From Octopus vulgaris (Eukaryota): a stretch of DNA of 64,000 nt. Below, piece after piece: positions 1 through 16,132 of the stretch. The stretch spans positions 7,378,001 to 7,442,000 of the forward strand of contig OX597832.1 of assembly GCA_951406725.2 (NCBI GenBank), given 5' to 3'. The notes below the pieces were generated by a model. It did not search any database. It saw only the letters and a program-made list of their open reading frames with translations, and was not told the origin of the DNA. The stretch's first letter is position 1. Each line of letters starts with the position of its first letter. A program made the position numbers and the translations under genes.

Positions 1-56
1 TTATGAAAATTAAAAAAAAATATTCAGTGTCGATATGTATTAGTATATGTATATAT

Positions 57-64
<8 letters not shown>

Positions 65-129
<65 letters not shown>

Positions 130-214
130 CCTAAATATATATTTATACGTATGTAAATATATTCCTAAATATTTACCTAAATGTATATATATATATGTGT
201 GTGTGTATATAATG

Positions 215-293
<79 letters not shown>

Positions 294-340
294 ATATATA
301 TATATATATATACACACACATACATATATATATATACATA
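65..340. repeat. Compound microsatellite (CA)n/(TA)n/(TCTA)n
   Basis: Directly visible tandem di- and tetranucleotide arrays. Confidence 0.95.
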
Positions 341-342
341 TA

Positions 343-667
343 TTTCCCTCTTCCCCTTATCTCTTTCTCTCTGCTCCCTCACTCCCATTCTCCCCCCCTC
401 CTTTCTCCCCCTCCTCTTCTCCTCTCCTTCCTTCTCCGCCTCCTTCCTTCTCCCCCCTCCTCCCTCCTCTTTCATTCTCCCCCTCTCCCCTCATCTCATC
501 TCATCTCATCTCACCCTCCCCTCATCTCACCCTCCCCTCATCTCACCCTCCTCACTCTCACCTTTCCTCTTCTCCCTCCTCTCGCCTCTTCTCTTTCCTT
601 CTCCCCCTCTCCCCTCCCCCTCATCTCCCCTCCCTCCTCCTCCCCTCTCCCCCTCATCTCCTCTCTC
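343..667. repeat. Polypyrimidine (C/T-rich) low-complexity tract
   Basis: About 320 bp almost entirely C/T on the + strand. Confidence 0.85.
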
Positions 668-865
668 TACACTACACCATACGACATTACACATCACATC
701 ATACATCATACACACGTCATCACATCATACACACGTCCATACCTTTCATATGCACTACATACTCTCTCATACACACACGCACCCTTATGTTGGGGCGAAG
801 TCATTTGACCCTGTTATCTCCCCTACTTTCGCTCTCACGTCTGATCTCTGACTTCTGGCCGGAAT

Positions 866-1073
866 CAGATCGCCATGTTGAATCGCTAGCTTCTGCACGC
901 ATTTTTTTCTCTTGTTTCTCTCCGTGTTTCTTTTCTGTGTATCTTTCTGTTGAAGAGCGTAGGCTCGAAGCGTAAAAGACTTGTTTTATTTATATTCCTG
1001 AGCCATACTAATACAATTGTTTGTTTGTACTCCACCTGCCTTCAACTTTTGTTTATTTTCATAAAGCTTCCCG

Positions 1074-1075
<2 letters not shown>
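866..1075 (+). mobile_element. Short non-autonomous Penelope-like/retrozyme-type element, copy 1, ending at (TA)n
   Basis: Near-identical to 51636-51850 and similar to 33964-34157; contains a hammerhead-like fold; 3' end abuts (TA)n. Confidence 0.65.
942..979 (+). ncRNA. Minimal type I hammerhead ribozyme-like motif (degenerate core)
   Basis: tcttt CTGTTGA a gagc-gtag-gctc GAAGC GTA aaaga: stem I, stem II, GUA triplet; core deviates from CUGANGA and GAAA. Confidence 0.5.
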
Positions 1076-1118
<43 letters not shown>

Positions 1119-1123
1119 AATAT

Positions 1124-1214
<91 letters not shown>

Positions 1215-1990
1215 CGCACAAATATTTATATACTTCTGTGTGTGTGTTTGTGTCTGATACTATAATAAATTTGCAAGCGCATATTTCTTACCAAGACAAA
1301 CGTACTGAAACTAACATACGTAAATGTACACACATGCGCGCGCAATTCACACAGAGAGAGAGAGAGGCACACACATATATTGCTTTCATTTGTATCATAT
1401 TGCCAGCTTTAAGAAAACTATCAAGTAGCAATTGCTAATCTCTTCATTGCCGTCGCTTTGACATATCAAATAGAGAGATTATATTACAGTTTGTTCTTTT
1501 TATGATTTCTACTGCTACGAATAGTTATTTGTCTCTTGACTTTTAAGAAGGTATTTATTAAATTTTATTTGTGTCAATTGCTTTTAGTTAGGTATATTTC
1601 ATGTTTTATGTTTCTTCGTTTTATTATTTTATTGTGCTTGAATATTAATCTCCAGATGTAGAAAAAATAATGAGCTCACTCTCTTTTGTTGTTCTGTATA
1701 CATACATACATACATACATACATACAGACATATATATATACATGCGTGTATATGTGTGAGTGTGAATGTGCGCAATGCAAAAGAGAATTAACGATCAAGC
1801 GTTTGCTTAAGATATTTTTAGAATCTCCGAGTAAAGTCATCAAGGAAAGAATGAGATTGAGTCAGCTAATTAGTTTCGAGAATCATTGAAGCCAACATGT
1901 GGACTCTGTTGCTCTTCTCTGGATGTATTGTTGAGAGACAGTAGTTATAACAACTGACTGAAGAGTGTTAGAGCGATCAGGTTAGACTTG

Positions 1991-2025
<35 letters not shown>

Positions 2026-2056
2026 AAGAAGTAAATACTCTAGTATTGCATTACTA

Positions 2057-2087
<31 letters not shown>

Positions 2088-2093
<6 letters not shown>

Positions 2094-2248
2094 CAAAATG
2101 GAACAAGAACGCAAAACATCCGGACAACTAGGTGATACAAAAAGGGACAAAAAAACATCCAGATAGACGATACAAAAAAAAAAGAAAAAACGGGGCATTC
2201 GAAACTTTCTATCCTCAGTCAAGAACCAGATCATCCTCGCAATTTCGG

Positions 2249-2251
<3 letters not shown>
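2088..2251 (-). mobile_element. (TA)n-flanked short repeat related to 34281-34316 and 35005-35050 (probable Penelope-like terminal repeat)
   Basis: Shares 'ccgaaattgcgagga..ggtt.ttgactga.gata' with 35005-35045 and 'aaatacaaaatgg.acaagaa.gcaaaac.tcc' with 34284-34316. Confidence 0.5.
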
Positions 2252-2304
<53 letters not shown>

Positions 2305-2411
2305 CAATAATAATTAAGGGTACTAGCAAGCAGTACCAGCATGCTAAATATAGCAGTTACAAGTTTTTTTTACGCATGCTAAGTCACTGGTATTATTATA
2401 AACAATAATAT

Positions 2412-2469
<58 letters not shown>

Positions 2470-2507
2470 GCACATATATATACATATGCACACACACACA
2501 TACATAT

Positions 2508-3900
2508 GTATAACATGGGAAAATGTGAGCAAGAGAAATATTCTTAAGATTATAAACCTGGAGAATAACAGGGCAAGTTATTATACTTGGAAAAGTTCAG
2601 GACAAGTTATTACATCTGGTAAAGCACAGAACAAGAAAATTTTTTACTTAAAATATTGCAGCTAACGATAAGATTCCAAATAAGACATTTAGATTTTGTG
2701 AACTTTAAAAAGTCATTTTTTAAATTATTGATTAATAATTAAAAATTTGAAAATAGGCGAAAGAAAATAATAGTAGTACATAATTAGTTGGCACAATAAA
2801 TAGAATAATCCAAAAATGAGTTACATATTACAATAAAATCTATCTATAACAACAAATTCACTGTAAGATTTGCTTGAGTTATTGCCTAAGTTATTCCCAG
2901 GTCTTCACATTTTTAGTCTTGACGCAATGCCTATTTTTTACAAAATTAATTAGCCTACCATAATTCTATTCTACTTTGCATAAAAATTTAGCTATATTAG
3001 TACTTCTGACTCTCATCTTTTAATCATTCTAGTGTATCAATATTTTAACAAAATGATGATACCTTTTTTAATTACAATGTTACTTTGTAAATTAAAATCG
3101 AATAATTTTTGATATTTAAATTTTATCCTAAGTTGCAATATTTTAAGTAAAGATTTTCTTGTTCTGTACTTTACTAGATGTACTAACTTGTCCTGTACTT
3201 TTTCCAGGTTTATAATCTTAAGAATATTAGTTCTCTTGCTCGCATTTTTTCATGTAATCCATGTTTTTCCAGTCTATGCTATTATGCTAATTAATAATGT
3301 GTCAATTAGCAGTGTCGTTGATAATTTTTTCCTTATTTCCATGATGCCGGTGACATATATTAAAAATCCCCTAGAACTACATTCATAAAAAAGTATATCA
3401 CCCCCAACTTTGAGAAACAAACTATCATAACTTTTTCTTTTAAATCTTCATTGCCTGAGATTGATACCATGAATTTCTCGAATTGAGGTCTATCATTTAA
3501 GCTTAATTAGAATATAGTTTGTTTGTAAAATAAAAAAAGTTAATTATACTTAAATCCAATTTTTACCTTACTTATATATTTTGCACAACTTTTTTGATGC
3601 AAATTTTTGTTGCATGGGACCAAAACTATAAAATTCCTCATGCTTTCTTCTATCATTGAAGCTAAGATAAATATATTTTGCTCTTAAAATAAAAAAAAAG
3701 TTATTTAGATCTAAACTTGATTGGTGGCTACAAATTTTGATGTAACCTTTTTTCTACTGGACCAAATCTCAATATTTTTATGCCAAACTGTAGCTAGGGA
3801 CCAACCCTCTTCACAAAGGTTAAATGATTTAACAACACGCTCTGACAGATGCTGCGTGTGAGTAAATTGCGGCCTTAAGAATATTATTAAATTACTACCG
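2508..3900 (-). pseudogene. Decayed Penelope-like element (GIY-YIG region) with an inverted partial duplicate
   Basis: Minus-strand remnants resembling GVIY..C...YV and HSIDWKN; 2508-2670 is an inverted copy of about 3120-3262. Confidence 0.4.
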
Positions 3901-5149
3901 TAGTTGAATGATTATATTATATCATATATATATTTATGATATATATATATTTAATATATATATATATATATATATATAGATAGATATTTATGATATATAT
4001 ATATATTTGATATATATATATATATATATATACATACACATATATATTTATATGTATATGTGTCTATACACATACACACAGGCACACAGACACAAGACAG
4101 AGATACACACAAGACAGAGATACACACACACGCACACATATATTATGTGAGATAAAAAATAGAAGCACGATAGATCTCATTATCTGAATATTTTACAAAC
4201 ATGGACAAATTTAAATATGAAACAGAATACGTATAATGTTCCATTTTTCATGGAATTTAAACCTGTATAGTATATTTTCGAAGTTATGATTTATGAACAG
4301 GAATTTTAAGAATTACTCTCTTCCGTTGTATATTATCTATACAGTGTTGCCTTAGAGAAATGAGTAAATGAGTGTGGAAATGCGCGAGTGTGTATTTGCG
4401 TGTGTACTGTATCAGAGGGAAGGAGAAAAAGTGAGCGGCTGTGAAGTGGAGTTGGAGACAGAAAGAAAGAAAGAAAAGGTAAAGAGGTTAAATCTAAAGA
4501 GATTAAATCTTAAAGCGCCACGTCTCGACCACACAAAATATCAGAAGCTTTTCAATGAATATAATGCTAAGGTGAGTCATTTTTGCCCAGACAAGATAAT
4601 TTCCAGCTTTGGAATCTTGATTGAAAGCAAAGCGAGCTGGGTGTCGAAAATGCCCACTTTTTTCTACTTGGCACTCCATCATCATATGTCTGAAAAGGAT
4701 TAAAATTTATTGAAACTCCAAAAATGATAAACAGAAGTTGTAGAGAAGAATAGAGCTTCTAAAACAAAGTATCATAAAATATTGCGATAAATATATTTTT
4801 CATGTTAATTCAGATAGCATCAGAAAGAAATGAACGAATTTATCTCACACATACACACACACGCACGCACATATATATCGCAAAACCTACACCTGATTCG
4901 TTACACCTCTCTTCAGGAAGTGCATTCCAAGAGAATGTGTATCCTCTTGCGTCTTCAATAAATTGCCCTACATTGTGGAGACCTATTTCTGACGTATCAA
5001 CGTTATAATGTTTGAGCTCATGATCACAAGGGCTGTATACCTTTTTGAGTGATGACTATTCTTGTTATTAGTTAGTGTACGCACATTCCAAAAGGCCAAA
5101 TCCCCTTTACACTTTTCTGACTTTGTATTGTTTGACTTTATATTTGCTA

Positions 5150-5450
5150 GTGTAAAACTTAAAACCCTGAATTAAGTATAAAACCAGTCTTGGGGAATCT
5201 AATATACCCTACAAAATGTCGAATCTATTGCTCTTGACAGAAATAAATGTCGAAAAAAGATCGGGTCAAGGGTGAAGTATTTTGAAGAAAGCAAACAAAT
5301 ATTAGCAAAAGTGAAAAGAGAACTACAGAAAAATTACTTCTTGCTAAACACAAAAATAACGTTATCCTTCTGTTTGCTCAATGTGCGGTAAGATCAACCT
5401 TTAAATGTCACTGTTAATAGGCTTAACTTCGATCTCAGGAACTCATCTTC
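5150..5450 (+). pseudogene. RTE-clade LINE 3' remnant
   Basis: Translates to ESIALDRNK...VKYFEESKQILAKVKRELQK and a CxxC (VCSMCGK), typical of the RTE C-terminus. Confidence 0.55.
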
Positions 5451-5743
5451 ATGCAGCTGGTCCAAATAAGACAGAGATCATTCCAGCAGACACGCTGATG
5501 TGACGTATTCGTAACAAGACATGTAAGTCTCCTGCTAATTTGAAAAGACATTTAAATATCCACAAATCAGACAAGACAAATAACATTGTGTAACTTGAGA
5601 TGAGATGAGAGATATCTGTTGCTTGTAATGCAAATTTCAAATTGCTCTCACGGATTCAAAAACCACTTAAGTGCTCATACATAGAAAAAAGCATATCAGA
5701 CACGAAGTGGATACGTGGTCAATATTTGAATAGGTGCAGACTA

Positions 5744-5962
5744 TAGTAATCCTTCGACTATCGCGGGTGTTACGTTCCAAACCACACCCGCGATAGGTGA
5801 AAATCCGCGAAGTAGAAACAGTTCTGTATATTTATTATTATTATTTTAATAATTTGTATGTATTTATTTAATTATAAATGCAAAACAACACCACGGAGGA
5901 ATCGACGCAAGCTTAAATAATAAACCACGATATGTGAACCGCAATATGGCGAGGGATTACGG
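5744..5962. mobile_element. pogo/Tigger-like MITE
   Basis: Imperfect TIRs tagtaatccttcgactatcgcgg / ccgcaatatggcgagggattacgg; preceded by TA. Confidence 0.65.
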
Positions 5963-5980
5963 CATAGCATCTCTCTCTGG

Positions 5981-6031
<51 letters not shown>

Positions 6032-6461
6032 TGTGTGTGTGTGTGTGTGTATACATACATACATACATACATACATACACACATACATACACACATACAT
6101 ACATACGTACATACATACATACATACATACATACATACACACATATATATATATAGCAATAATAAATCTCTGAACGAGGTATAAACAGTAACTGCACGAC
6201 AATGTGAGGTATATTTGCTATCTCAATATGGCTAACCACTAAAGGTTGGGTGTTACTGTAGCTTATAGCCCCAGGAGAACATCTCCTCCAGCTGGCTTTA
6301 GGCACACAATATATATATATATTCATATATATAAATTAGGAGAAAACACATTTTATCAATTCAACAATGAAAAAATTAAATATAAGATAAAAAAAATTAC
6401 CAATGATTAAGTAATGTGCAAAATAATAATTTTTCCCTATAAGTTTGGAATAATATTCCCT

Positions 6462-6530
<69 letters not shown>

Positions 6531-6532
6531 TG

Positions 6533-6570
<38 letters not shown>

Positions 6571-6599
6571 CATACATATATACATACATACATACATAC

Positions 6600-6631
<32 letters not shown>

Positions 6632-7619
6632 GTATGTATATACATATATATATATATAAATGTATATATATATATATAAATGTATATATATATAAATGTA
6701 TATATATACACACATATATATATATATATAGGGATATGTACACACGTGTATATAATATATGTGGCTATATATATATGCTTTCGTCGCGTATTATACACAT
6801 GCATAATGCATATGTATATGATATATATATGTGTATCTATGTAAATATATTATACAACATAAAATACTTGTGTGCGTTCTGTGTGTATGCATGTGTGTGT
6901 TTGTAACTGAAGGTGGTTCTGCATTTAGTTTTCAAACAGAGTTTGAAACAGATAATCCTGATGCGGTTATGCCAAGTGGTTTGACAACTACGAGTTTAAA
7001 TTAAAGCTAAATATTATTGGTTGCTAACCGTTCCAACCAAGTTTTTGTATATCAATTATTTTATTTTATAGCTCCATTATTTTATAGCTCCATTATTCTC
7101 TTTTTATTTCTTCAGTACATCTCAGGTCGATGAACACATAGCTGGTCAATGTTGGTCCAATTTCTCCTCCCGTTAAGTTCTTTTCATTTACCGTAATGTC
7201 AGACTGTCTGAACCTCACCGCATCACACTTTTTAAAACCAAATTCTGGTTTCTCATCTACCTCTTTGTCGCTTTCCCTTTTCATAATCCTAATCCTCATT
7301 CATTTCTCGCAACCCTCGCATGCTTACTCGAGGGCAGCTTCTGTGTAAACTGTTACCTCTCAACCGTAATCTTGATGATATTCTTTGAGTATTTAAAAAC
7401 GCTTTTATTTTTGGATGAGATTTGCTTCCTTTTCCTTTTATATAAACTGTCAAATTTAATCCGAACTCATTGTCGTACGCACACATGCACACACACAAAC
7501 ACAAACAGACGCACACACATGCACAAGTACGCACGCGCGCGAGCGGCGCACACATACTTCCTTCGTAGAATACAAGCTGAAACAGCCATGAAACAGAATA
7601 CAATAAAATACGATAAATC

Positions 7620-7664
<45 letters not shown>

Positions 7665-8553
7665 CATATGTGTGTGTGTGTGTATACCCATACACACATA
7701 CATATTTATATAGAAGCGAGTACAAACGTATATGAATTTAGTAGAAAATCAAGAGAATCTGGGGAGCGAAAGTTCATAAAGATTTCTTATAGACAGATAC
7801 AAATCTAGGAAGTTCATACCGTAATGTAGATGAAGCAGAGGAGAATCTGAGTAGCCCTTCGAGTTAGCTTAACTTAGATAGGCAAGTAAAAATCCTGGGA
7901 ATCACTTGTCGAGGCCGCGCAAGTAAGGGGTTGCAAAGGGATATTGTAACTTGCCTAACTTACACCCGTGCTGATTAACATACAATAACCTGCACCAATC
8001 CACCTTATGTGCACGTAGGCAGAAGGTACACAACTGCTTCGATCGAACACCTTTCACTAGAAACATAGTAAAGAACTACCTGTACTTTACGCATTCTTAC
8101 TTTCGAGCTTTAGAGTAGTCGTTCCCAGGATTTTTTTACTTACCTATCTAGGTTGAACCAACACAAAGGGCTAATCAAATTCTCCTATATCTCATCTGTG
8201 AGATTATTGAATGAACTTTCAAGATTTGTACCTGACTGTGCAATCACTATCAACTCTCCAGGTTGTCTTAAATTTTTTGCTGAATTTATATACTTTTGTG
8301 CTCTTTTCTCTATAAATGACGTGATACATTAAGTTGCCAGTTCATCTGGTAGCTTAATGCATCTTTATTATATTTACATTAGCTCGATCTGTACATTGCC
8401 TGTAGCCAATCCCTATTTCTACGGATCTTGTACTCGTTCATTCAACGTTGGATTTTAGTTACTTGGTCTGATCTGAGCATTTATTGCGTACATTTTATAT
8501 CATATAACTTTTTAACATTTATTACTTATTACACGCACACACACACACACACA

Positions 8554-8606
<53 letters not shown>

Positions 8607-8904
8607 CGAGAAGCATGTGTGTGTGTGTGTTGTAAATATCGCTATTTACGTAAGATTCGAAGTGTGGGAAAGGAAATTATATCGATAATACTGTATGTCA
8701 TTTAGCAATGAACAATCATCATAACCACGAAACCGAATGACATCATTAACGTAATTATGGGCGTCGTCATCGTCATCGTCGTCGACGTCGTCGTCATCAT
8801 CATCACCATCTTAGTCATCCTTCTCTAATTAATTGGCTCCTTCTAATCATTGCCACTATGAACATCAATACGACTATGACTACAACACGGTACAACCAAC
8901 CGCC

Positions 8905-9985
<1,081 letters not shown>

Positions 9986-10089
9986 CCACAACTACTGCCA
10001 CCCTTGCCTTCAATGTTTTTTTTTTATTTCTGTCTTATTCTGCGTCATCTGTTGCGGTTGTTGTTTCTTGTTGCTGCTGCTGTTGATTG

Positions 10090-10324
10090 GCGATGATGAT
10101 GATGATGATGATGATACCGATGATAATCCTGCTCTTGTTGCAGAAGACGACTACGTTGGTGATGATGATGGTGGTGATAATGATGATGATGGTGATGATG
10201 ATGGTGGTGATGATGATGATGATTGATGATGATGATGATGATGATTATGATGATGATGATGATGATGATGGTGGTGGTGATGATGATGATGGTGGTGGTA
10301 ATGATGATGTTGATGATGATGATG

Positions 10325-10355
<31 letters not shown>

Positions 10356-10415
10356 TGATGATGGTGAGGATGATGGTGATGATGACGATGATGATGATGT
10401 TGATGATGATGATGT

Positions 10416-10450
<35 letters not shown>

Positions 10451-10591
10451 TTGATGATGATGATGATGATTGTGGTAATGACGATGATGATGATGATGAT
10501 GATGATGGTGATGATAGTGATGAAGGGGATGATGATGAATGTGATGATGATGGTGATGATGGTGATGATGATGATGATGATGGTGATGATG

Positions 10592-10638
<47 letters not shown>

Positions 10639-10695
10639 GTGACGGAGACGATGACGATGACGATGATAATGATAATGACGATGATGATGATGATC
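10090..10695. repeat. (GAT)n microsatellite, opposite orientation to the preceding (ATC)n
   Basis: Directly visible. Confidence 0.95.
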
Positions 10696-11344
10696 CAATA
10701 ATGCTGATCCGATGATGTTGAGAATGTGGATGGCAGTGATAATGTCGATTACTGCTGTTGTTGCTGCTGCTGTTGTTGTTGTTGTTGTTGTTGTTGCAGC
10801 TGGTGCTGATATATTAAATGACGAATACCAGACTTCTTGCTGCTAACGATCATCACGACGACGACGACGACGATGATGGCGATGATGATGATGATGATGA
10901 TGATGCCGATGACCACCAATCTAATTTCTTGCCTGTCTCTAATTATTCTATTCTTCATCACTCAACCAGTTAATTTAGATGATACTTTGATCTTATTTAA
11001 CACAAACTGACAAGGCTGACAAGTGTTGATGTCGATGGTGATGGTGATGGTGCTATTGGTGTCGGTTGTGGCGGTGGCTGCGGTCGTTGTGGTGGTCGTG
11101 GTTGTAAATAGCCGTCTAGCTGTTGTTGCTGCTGCCAGTGGTGATGGTGTATTAGGACCAGTGTTAGTAACTGTATTGATGATGGCGGCGGCGGCGACGG
11201 TGGCCATCTTGTCGTTGTTGTTATTATGTTTAGTTGTTGCTGTTGTTGTTGTCTGTGATGATGTTTGTAGTGGTGGAAGTAGCAGTAGCAGCAGCAGCAG
11301 CAGTAGTTGTTGTTGTTGTCAGTGTGTGTGTGTGTTATTTTTTT

Positions 11345-11530
11345 TATTTAACACCAGGTCAACTCCCTGCAAACATACCTATGAGTAAAATCATTCGAGT
11401 AGTGACCATCCTGCTATACTTTTCTCTATGTACAGGGAATCTAGGACCACGTGTGTAATTTCCTAAGGATGTGGCGTGTGAACTGAGGGGGGAAATTTGG
11501 TTGCTATTTCTGGCAAGATCGACAGACTTG
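11345..11530 (+). mobile_element. Old dispersed repeat of unknown class
   Basis: Motifs 'ttta.c.ccaggtcaac...gtgaccatcc' and 'aatttggt/ctgctatttct.gca' recur at about 17730-17930 (-), 19435-19520, 20160-20420, 21230-21310, 50970-51000 (-) and 61630-61780. Confidence 0.5.
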
Positions 11531-12257
11531 ATAGCAGCGATGATAATCATGTTGGCTTTAGAAGCAGTGACGGTCGTGGTGGTGTCGTTGTTGTTGTTGG
11601 TGGCGAGGGTTGTGTTGCTGGTGGTGGTGGTAGTGGTGGTTGTGGTATTGGTGGTGCTGGTGGTGATAGTAATGGTGGTGGTAGTAGTGCTAATCATAGT
11701 GGTAGTGATGGCGGCGGTCTTAGTTGTAGAGATGATGCTTTTTTGCAATCAGCAGACGTGGTGCCGATGCTGGTGAGGATGTGATGTAAAGACAGCTGCG
11801 GAAGCTGCCTTGTTTGTTGTTGGTCCTAGTAATGGTGGTGGTGATTGTAGTGATGTTGTTGTCGGTGGTGATGGTCGTGGTAGTAGTGGTGGCGATAGTG
11901 TTGATGGTGCTAGTGTTAATGAACGAATGAGTAGTAGCGGGATCAAAGAATGTACGCTTGTGAAGATTGGAGTGGGGGAAGAAAGTGGCGGATGGAGGTG
12001 AAGAATTGGCAAAGCCACTACTGAAAGGGAGTTGGTATGGAATGGCGGTGTGGCAGACAGTAAAGAAGATGTGATTGGTGACTTGGATATGGTGTGTAAA
12101 CAGCGTGGCATAATATGTAAGTAATGTGGTACAGTGTGTAAAATGTGGCGTAATGGGTTAGGGTGTCTCCATGGTGTGAAAGGGGTTTGGTATGGAGAGT
12201 TAGTCACGAGTTGAGTGGCATCATTGGTGGTATGATGTAGTGGGTTGGTACAATATC

Positions 12258-12945
<688 letters not shown>

Positions 12946-13125
12946 CCACAAATGATACCTTTTGATGTGGCAGTAATGTGTTGGCTGCAGTGGTCGGTGG
13001 TATGGTAAATGGGAGTGGCACTATGTATGTTAATAGTTTAACAGTATGCGTAAGTGCTATATGTGGTTGGTGATATGCAATTATGTGTTTAGTGGTGTGT
13101 TATAGTGAATGTTATAGTCTATATT

Positions 13126-13358
13126 TCTTTCTTTACTACCCACAAGGGGCTAAACACAGAGGGGACAAACAAGTACAGACAAACGAATTAAGTCGATTAA
13201 ATCGACCCCAGTGCGTAACTGGTACTTATTTAATCGACCCCGAAAGGATGAAAGGCAAAGTCGACCTCGGTGGAATTTGAACTCAGAACGTAACGGCAGA
13301 CGAAATACTGCTAAGCATTTCGCCCGGTGCGCTAACGATTCTGCCAGCTCGCCGCCTT
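13126..13358 (-). mobile_element. SINE family A, full length, Tx1-type tail, 16-bp TSD
   Basis: A box tggcagaatcgtt, B box gagttcaaattcc, central gcctttcatcctttcggggtcga domain; TSD tgttatagtctatatt at 13110-13125 and 13359-13374. Confidence 0.9.
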
Positions 13359-13451
13359 TGTTATAGTCTATATTGTAGCAGTATATGTAGTTGTGTATCA
13401 GTGGTGTTTTATAGTATGTGTTGTAATGTATGTTATTGTGTATGTTATAGT

Positions 13452-13751
13452 AAAGGCGCGTGGCTTAGCGGTTAAGGTATTCGGATCACGATCGTAATGT
13501 CATGAGTTCAATTCGCGGCGACGCTTTGTGTCCTTGAGCAAGACACTTTATTTCACGCTGCTCCAGCCCACTCAGCTGGCAAAAATGAGTTGTACCAGTA
13601 ATTCAAAGGGCCAGCCTTGTCACATTCTGTGTCATGCTGAATCACCCTGAGAACTACGTTAAGGGCACACGTGTGGAGTGCTCAGGCACTTGCACGTTAA
13701 TTTCAGGAGCCGGCTGATTGGGACCCTGGCCGCCGCATCCGATGGAGCGCC
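13452..13751 (+). mobile_element. SINE family C (head C2, CORE-like, RTE-type tail)
   Basis: tRNA-like head, CORE-like tgtgtccttgagcaagacact, tail shared with 40325, 45150, 50205 and 63146 copies. Confidence 0.8.
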
Positions 13752-13989
13752 GGTTTTTTTCCCTAGTGTGTATGACTGATGGAGTGGAGTACATCTGTGG
13801 TATGGCATGCTGTATTGGTGGTGTGATACAGTTATGTTAGTAATGTTGCTTAGCTTGAGCTGGTGATTTTACTTAACGGTATGGTCAAGTGTTTGCAGGT
13901 TTTGTGGTATAAACCTGTTTGTGGTCCAATATAACGTGTTTGCAGGACGGTAGTACATCTTAGTGATGTGATATGGTGTGTTAGTATGT

Positions 13990-14175
13990 GCTGTTTTGGA
14001 AAAGCGCCTTAAGAGCCTGGACCAGAAGCGACAAGCCCGAAAAGAGAGGATCCCCAAACCTGCTTCTGCTGTTACGTGCCCAACATGTGGCCCCCGTCTG
14101 CGCGTCCGCCTTTGGGTTCCGCTCCCACCTCCGGCGTCACTGACGTCATTGTCGAACCCCGACAGACTTCCATTA
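13990..14175 (+). pseudogene. RTE-clade LINE extreme 3' end
   Basis: KRLKSLDQKRQARKERIP...VTCPTCG then, after a frameshift, ASAFGFRSHLRRH* (C2H2 finger), followed by a short 3' tail gtcattgtcgaacccgacagacttcca. Confidence 0.75.
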
Positions 14176-14334
14176 TGTGCTGGTGATGTAGCAGGAATGT
14201 GACGTAGTGTGTTTGTAATGTGCTCATTCGTTTGCACGTTCATTTCGCTAGCAGCAAGCTGTTCGGTTGATCGAGTGAACTGGGACACTCATTTTCGTAA
14301 TCAACGGAAAGCCGGGCCATATTCTATGTAAGTT

Positions 14335-14540
14335 TAGCTGAATCGTTAGCACACTGGGGAAAAATGCTAAGCGGCATTTCATCCGAATTAACGTGTCTGA
14401 GTTCAAATTCCGCTGAGGTCAACTTTGCCTTTCATCCTTTCGGAGTCGATAAAATAAGTACCAGCCGAACACTGGGGTCGATGTAATCGTCTTACCCTCT
14501 TCCGAAATTGCTGGCCTTGTGTCAAAATTTGAAATCATAG
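14335..14540 (+). mobile_element. SINE family A, tail type 2
   Basis: Same body as 13126-13358 but tail aaattgctggccttgtgtcaaaatttgaaa. Confidence 0.8.
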
Positions 14541-15009
14541 GGTATTGTTGATGCTGCGTAGAACAGTGGGGATGTTGGATTGTGTACGGTTTGTGGAGAG
14601 CGGTTTTGTGTTGGAGATAGATCTGGCGAAATAACAATGATGGGGAATTGTGTGATTATGGTGATAATGATATCTGTGTGTGTGCGTGCGTGCGTGCGTG
14701 TGTGTTTGTGCATGTGTATGTGTAAAAGTGTACGTATGGGTTATGGTAAGGAGATATGGTGGGGGTGGGTGGGGCGGGAGTTAGGGAGGGTCTGGTTGGG
14801 CATGAACTGACATTGATTAAATAAATATCGCTTAATGAAATGTCATATATCTCTTGCGATGGTTTATTCAATGGACAGAAATAGAATAGATTTGAATAGA
14901 ATGGAATGGAATAGAATGGATTAGAATGGAAGTGGCGGGAAATAAGAGGAACAATACAAAAGTAAAGGAAAATTAGAAAAAAAAAATTCCAATACCAGAA
15001 CTGCCACAA

Positions 15010-15742
15010 TCGCCACCACCATCACCACCACCACCACCACCACCAACAACAACAACATCAAGACAAAAGCCACCACCGTCATGTCACCATCACCACCATC
15101 ACAATTTCACTATCACACCACTACCACCACAACTTTCACTTTACTACGTTCACCATCACCACCGTCACTATCACCACCGCAACAACAATAGCAAGACACA
15201 AACATCATCACCATCGCCATCATCACAGCTTCAAAATCACACCACTGTTACCACCACCACCACCACCACCACTGTTGCTACAACTTTAACACTACTACGT
15301 TTACCCACTTCCCCCACACCGACACCACCAACGCCAACACCAACCCCACACCGACACCACCACCACCACCACCACCACCACCACCACCACCACCACCACC
15401 ACCACCACCACCACCACCACCACCACCACCACCACCACTACCATCACTACCACCACCACCACCACCACAACCATCGCTGCCGCCGCCATTCCCGAAACTA
15501 ACTCAATTTCTCTATCGCCAGTATGTCCCTACATCCATAAAAACCACGGGTATCACGTTCACCGTTGCAGTTAGTTCCTCCATCCCCATCTCCATCTCCA
15601 TCTTCATCTCCATCACTATCACCATCATCACCATCGCCACCGCCACCAGCACCAGCACCATCATCATCATCACCATCACCATCGCCACCAGCACCAGCAC
15701 CATCATCATCATCATCATCATCATCACCACCATCACCATCAC

Positions 15743-15774
<32 letters not shown>

Positions 15775-15795
15775 CCATCATCGTCATCGTCATCG

Positions 15796-15846
<51 letters not shown>

Positions 15847-15919
15847 CCATCACCATTACCATCACCATCACCACCACCATCACCATCACCATCACCACCA
15901 CCATCACCATCACCATCAC

Positions 15920-15951
<32 letters not shown>

Positions 15952-15979
15952 CCACCATCACCATCACCAACACCATCAC

Positions 15980-16046
<67 letters not shown>

Positions 16047-16132
16047 GCCATCACCATTCCAACCTCATTGCCGCCTCCACCACCACAACCACTATCACCC
16101 ACCCACTCACCATTGCTACTACTACTGCTACT
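15010..16132. repeat. (CAC)n/(CAT)n compound trinucleotide region
   Basis: Directly visible. Confidence 0.9.

Noticed and set aside
4368-4703. 111-aa ORF
   Set aside because: Begins in low-complexity sequence and has no recognisable motif.
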